NCBI GenBank assembly: GCA_977862235.1
Contig: OZ374558.1
Location: 186,001 to 250,000 of the forward strand
DNA: 64,000 nt
Source of the DNA: Dudresnaya verticillata
Lineage: Eukaryota
Direction: 5' to 3'
The translations under genes were made by a program, and so were the position numbers. Below, piece after piece: positions 60,401 to 64,000 of the stretch. The notes beneath the pieces are model-generated. The model searched no databases. It saw only the letters and a list, made by a program, of their open reading frames with translations, and had not been told where the DNA came from. The stretch's first letter is position 1. Each line of letters starts with the position of its first letter.

Positions 60401-60615
60401 TGCGGTCAGACATGCCCGCGAGGCCGTCGCACGATGTGCGACGACCGGCGTTGCCGCGCATGCCGAGGAGAGAGCACTCGCTTTGCGTTGGAGTTAAAAA
60501 CGAGTCGCGCCGCTCGACGGACCCCGTCGCGGCATCCTACGCCTTTCCCGGCAACCGCGAACAGCCCCTTCCTGCCCTCCCTTCTTCTTCCTCTGCTTCA
60601 CCCCCACACCTCGCA

Positions 60616-62412
60616 ATGACCGTCCGAACGCTTCCCCAAACAACCCTACCAGCGGTCCAACCACCACCCAAGCGTCGCCGCTTCAACAACCGCTCACCGC
60701 CTTCCAGCGGCAACGCCACGCTCACCCACAAAACCACCATTCTCGACCTGCCGCACGACACCATCCGAGACATCTTCGAGCGACTCCACCCGATTTGCAG
60801 AGTGCTCAACCGTCGCACCCTCACACATTCCGTGCATGCCTTCGCCCTAGCCGCAACGTGCTCTCAACTCTTGAACGTCGCCAACGACATATACCGCGCG
60901 CCTTGGCAGGTCATCGACGCCATCCACCCCGCCACGCTCGAACACCCTCCATCCCATCCGGTCCTGTTCCCGTCCGCAGAGCACTTCCAATGCATCGAGA
61001 AGGTTTCCGGTGCATCCTTGAGAGTCTTCAGACTTCCTGTGCATCTTGACGCACGTCGTCTTACGGACATACTGTCATCCCTCTCACGCAGCTTCTGTGG
61101 CGTCAAGGAACTGGCATTTGTCGATGGTGGCAGGGTGAAAGCCAGTGTTGCAAAGCAGCTATCACAAGCAAAACATCTCGCCAAGCTTGAGGTCCGGTCG
61201 CCGAGTAGGGAACTCATTCAAGAGATCGGCGAAGGTATGGATGCCTTGGAACACATCGTGCTTCGTAGGGTGGACCCGAGCTTACTCCAGGAGGTGAAAT
61301 CAATGCTGCGCTTGAGGAACTGGAGAAAGATGGAAGCCGAACCCGGTGGGAATCTGAAGCGCATCTGTGTTGGCCTCGACTTGGTAGGTAGAGGAAGAGC
61401 ATTCAGGCCGACAAAGGATCGCTTTTTGTTAAGCGCTGACTTGCAAGATTTCCTGATATACTTGGAAAAGTTTGCACGCAAAGACCTTCATGGGTTGGAG
61501 CACTTCAAGATCATCACGAACAAGAACGACGAGTATCTGGACAACTTTTTGCGACGGATGAAAAGTAAGCTAGCCCAGGATTCATCCTTCTTCGATTTTG
61601 GTACGGACTTTGAGTTTGAAACAGCCGAGGGAAGGGTCACTACATTTCCTTCACTCCGCAGCGGAGTCAATTCTTGCAAGAATCGTTCGATTTCTTTGCA
61701 GAAGATCATGAAGAAGGTCAGGAGTGGAAAAGCAAAGGCATGTGTTGGTGAAATCCATGATGCTTACGTCTTGCACATCGATACATCTGCTCAGGTGACC
61801 AGGTTTTTGAACTGCTCCGAGATGCTCCAGAGCACAGCCCTGGAAGTAATTGGTCAAGGATCTGAGAATATTCGACGCTTGGAAGTGCGTTTTGGACTGA
61901 ACGACATGTCGCACAAGCTCGCGCTTCCAAAGAAGGCCTTCAAGGTAATTGCTAGCATTCTTTCGAAGGCGAAGAACATAGTCATTCTCGAAGTATCCAG
62001 TGAAATCATCGAATGGACTTCAACAGATCTAAAGGAGTTCATGGAGCTTCTTGCCTCCTGTGGGAATCTTCGAGTCATCCACATGAAGCCACCGCAAAAT
62101 ATTGCAAGCTATCAATCGGGTTACTCATATGAGCGGAACGATCGGTTCATTAGGAGATTGCCAAAGTTTCTGGAGCTCGTTGGAGAAACCATGCCTTGTT
62201 TGCAGTACATTTTCCTTGAGAAGTCTGACAAAAAAGTGTTCCAACATTGTCCTGCCGGAGAAAGGGTGGTGAGGAAGCTTGAGCAAGCGGTCAAGGCCGC
62301 GGAACATTTCGAAGAAATGCACCCCACTATTGATGCTGGGACCATCAAGGCTCAGCTGGAGACATGGCTTTCTATAGAACGCAATTCTGCCCAAGCTTCG
62401 ACAAAACAGTGA
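60616..62412 (+). CDS. F-box protein with LRR/RNI-like C-terminal region, ~598 aa (start could be further upstream)
   Basis: F-box start ILDLPHDTIRDIFERL...LAATCSQL, NLS-like PPPKRRRF, and recurring LxxLxL motifs (LRVFRL, LAKLEV, IRRLEV, LRVIHM). TATAAAA at 60164. Confidence 0.75.
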   Translation: MTVRTLPQTTLPAVQPPPKRRRFNNRSPPSSGNATLTHKTTILDLPHDTIRDIFERLHPICRVLNRRTLTHSVHAFALAATCSQLLNVANDIYRAPWQVIDAIHPATLEHPPSHPVLFPSAEHFQCIEKVSGASLRVFRLPVHLDARRLTDILSSLSRSFCGVKELAFVDGGRVKASVAKQLSQAKHLAKLEVRSPSRELIQEIGEGMDALEHIVLRRVDPSLLQEVKSMLRLRNWRKMEAEPGGNLKRICVGLDLVGRGRAFRPTKDRFLLSADLQDFLIYLEKFARKDLHGLEHFKIITNKNDEYLDNFLRRMKSKLAQDSSFFDFGTDFEFETAEGRVTTFPSLRSGVNSCKNRSISLQKIMKKVRSGKAKACVGEIHDAYVLHIDTSAQVTRFLNCSEMLQSTALEVIGQGSENIRRLEVRFGLNDMSHKLALPKKAFKVIASILSKAKNIVILEVSSEIIEWTSTDLKEFMELLASCGNLRVIHMKPPQNIASYQSGYSYERNDRFIRRLPKFLELVGETMPCLQYIFLEKSDKKVFQHCPAGERVVRKLEQAVKAAEHFEEMHPTIDAGTIKAQLETWLSIERNSAQASTKQ

Positions 62413-64000
62413 GGTTGATATTGAAGCTTAAATGAAGTGGGAAAGCATCGCTTTTAAGTAAGAGAAAATAGTTACTATAAGATAGTTCTGTTCGAAAGAA
62501 GCCTTGTCGTTACTAGTTTACAATGTTCCCAAGCTAGTGCATATTTCCGAGCTCACCGTTATTAGAACGAATGCAGACTAATGCAATAGTCGAACGTGGA
62601 GTACGTGACTGCTGAGGAGGTTCTAGGATAACGAATGAAGGTATCCAGACTATCCATTTGCGAAGGAATTGGCATCATGAAAGGAAACAAAGTCGCTGTT
62701 ACAGTCGCTTGCACAGTCGTACCTTCACGAACAAGTTCCACGCGAGTATCGCATGTGCTGCTCATTCCCAAAGTCTTGAAGATAATCGTGAAGCCAGTAG
62801 CTGGCGGGGAATTTGGCCATCGGATTATTGTACAACAGGGATCAAGATGGGAAAAGAAAACATCGGTATAGATCAGGTTACTACAATGTACACCTCTAGT
62901 TTCCCGCATTCTCCAGCTCACAGCTCTTGCTGTGAATTGTCCGATGTCCTGTCAGTCCTGACCTTCCAGTAGCCATCAACGGGTAAACCGGTAAGGTTTC
63001 CGGTTGTTCGTCTTGTTTTCATAAAGCTGTGATGGTGATGTGTAGACGAGGCCGCAAGCAACCAAATTGCAAATGATTGCTCCCAAAAATGTAATACGCA
63101 ATATGTTGCACTAATGCTCTAATCTTCGGCAATTCATATTGCAATATAGCCGCCATCGCACCCCAATAACATCTGCAATACGTGCTTACCTCGTGCAGTA
63201 AATGTGCAATATGCCCTACCTCGTGCAGCAAGTTAGCAATAGACTTAGATCGTGAGAAGAAGGCATGGATATCCATCTTAATGCTTGTGTAATGCGATGT
63301 TGTTTTATGAGCCTGCAGAACGATATAAGCAGACCTGATAACATGTTAGTGATAGCAGTGGCTTGGTAACATGCAATTTACAGCATGGGGGCTAGAAAAA
63401 GCCGTATTCTCGGGATCCAACACTACAGATGCCGCTCCCCCACAAACCCACACATATGTATATCGTATACTGAATTTAGTAATAGGGCTTCCAATAATAC
63501 TACTCAACACAATAGGTATTGAAATATACAATGTCACTGCAATAAGTATTGCAATTTTCTATCTAAAACAACGCAATATGTTACTGCTACTGTACATTGC
63601 AATGTATTGCTATTGTAATTAATTGCAAGAGAGCCCTGGGTGTAGATCAATAATGATTTCTGCCGATTGTCGTCATGCTTCTTGCAAAGGCTCCTGGACT
63701 CGACGCATTAATATAAACATAGTGGATATTAAGTATATTATTATCCTATCCGAAAAAGAGACGACTCCAAGGCCCGAAGAATGTAAACCGAGCAATGACG
63801 CCTATGTAACTGCAGTTTAAAAGAATCGATGCGTGGAAACAAAGACGGAGTGTACTCGTTGTGTACAGAATTAGTTTGAAAGTATGCTTTTTGTTGTGCC
63901 CGATAGGATTCTGAATATGTTTGAATTGATAGTCCGGGTTGTGTAGCGTGACTGAACTGAGACGTATTTGCAGGTATACAATTATTTCAGTATCAAGTAC

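Overview
Eukaryotic, intron-poor genomic DNA. The gene and TE content suggests a florideophyte red alga, but this is an inference. Positions 1-29.7 kb are a nest of Ty3/gypsy LTR retrotransposons. It comprises a pol fragment (A), a decayed minus-strand chromovirus (B) carrying a solo LTR, and a structurally complete young 13.3-kb chromovirus (C: ~99% identical LTRs, TSD CAGAA). B and C both sit inside an older element (D). B and C share an identical 18-nt PBS shaped like a tRNA-Tyr 3' end, a G-AAA-AAC-stop gag/pol -1 frameshift signal, and a large antisense accessory ORF downstream of pol. In C that ORF is preceded by three copies of a covarying RNA structure. Positions 29.7-38.3 kb hold a Sel1-like repeat gene cluster and an RLE-type (CRE-like) non-LTR retrotransposon. 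These are followed by farnesyl diphosphate synthase and a TAF4-like gene. A ~15.5-kb palindrome (43.3-58.9 kb) duplicates a spliced CAP/SCP-like gene (near-identical copies) and a GATA-like zinc finger-PB1 gene (diverged copies). An F-box gene follows near the end of the window. All alignments, counts and domain calls were made by eye, and no database searches were run.
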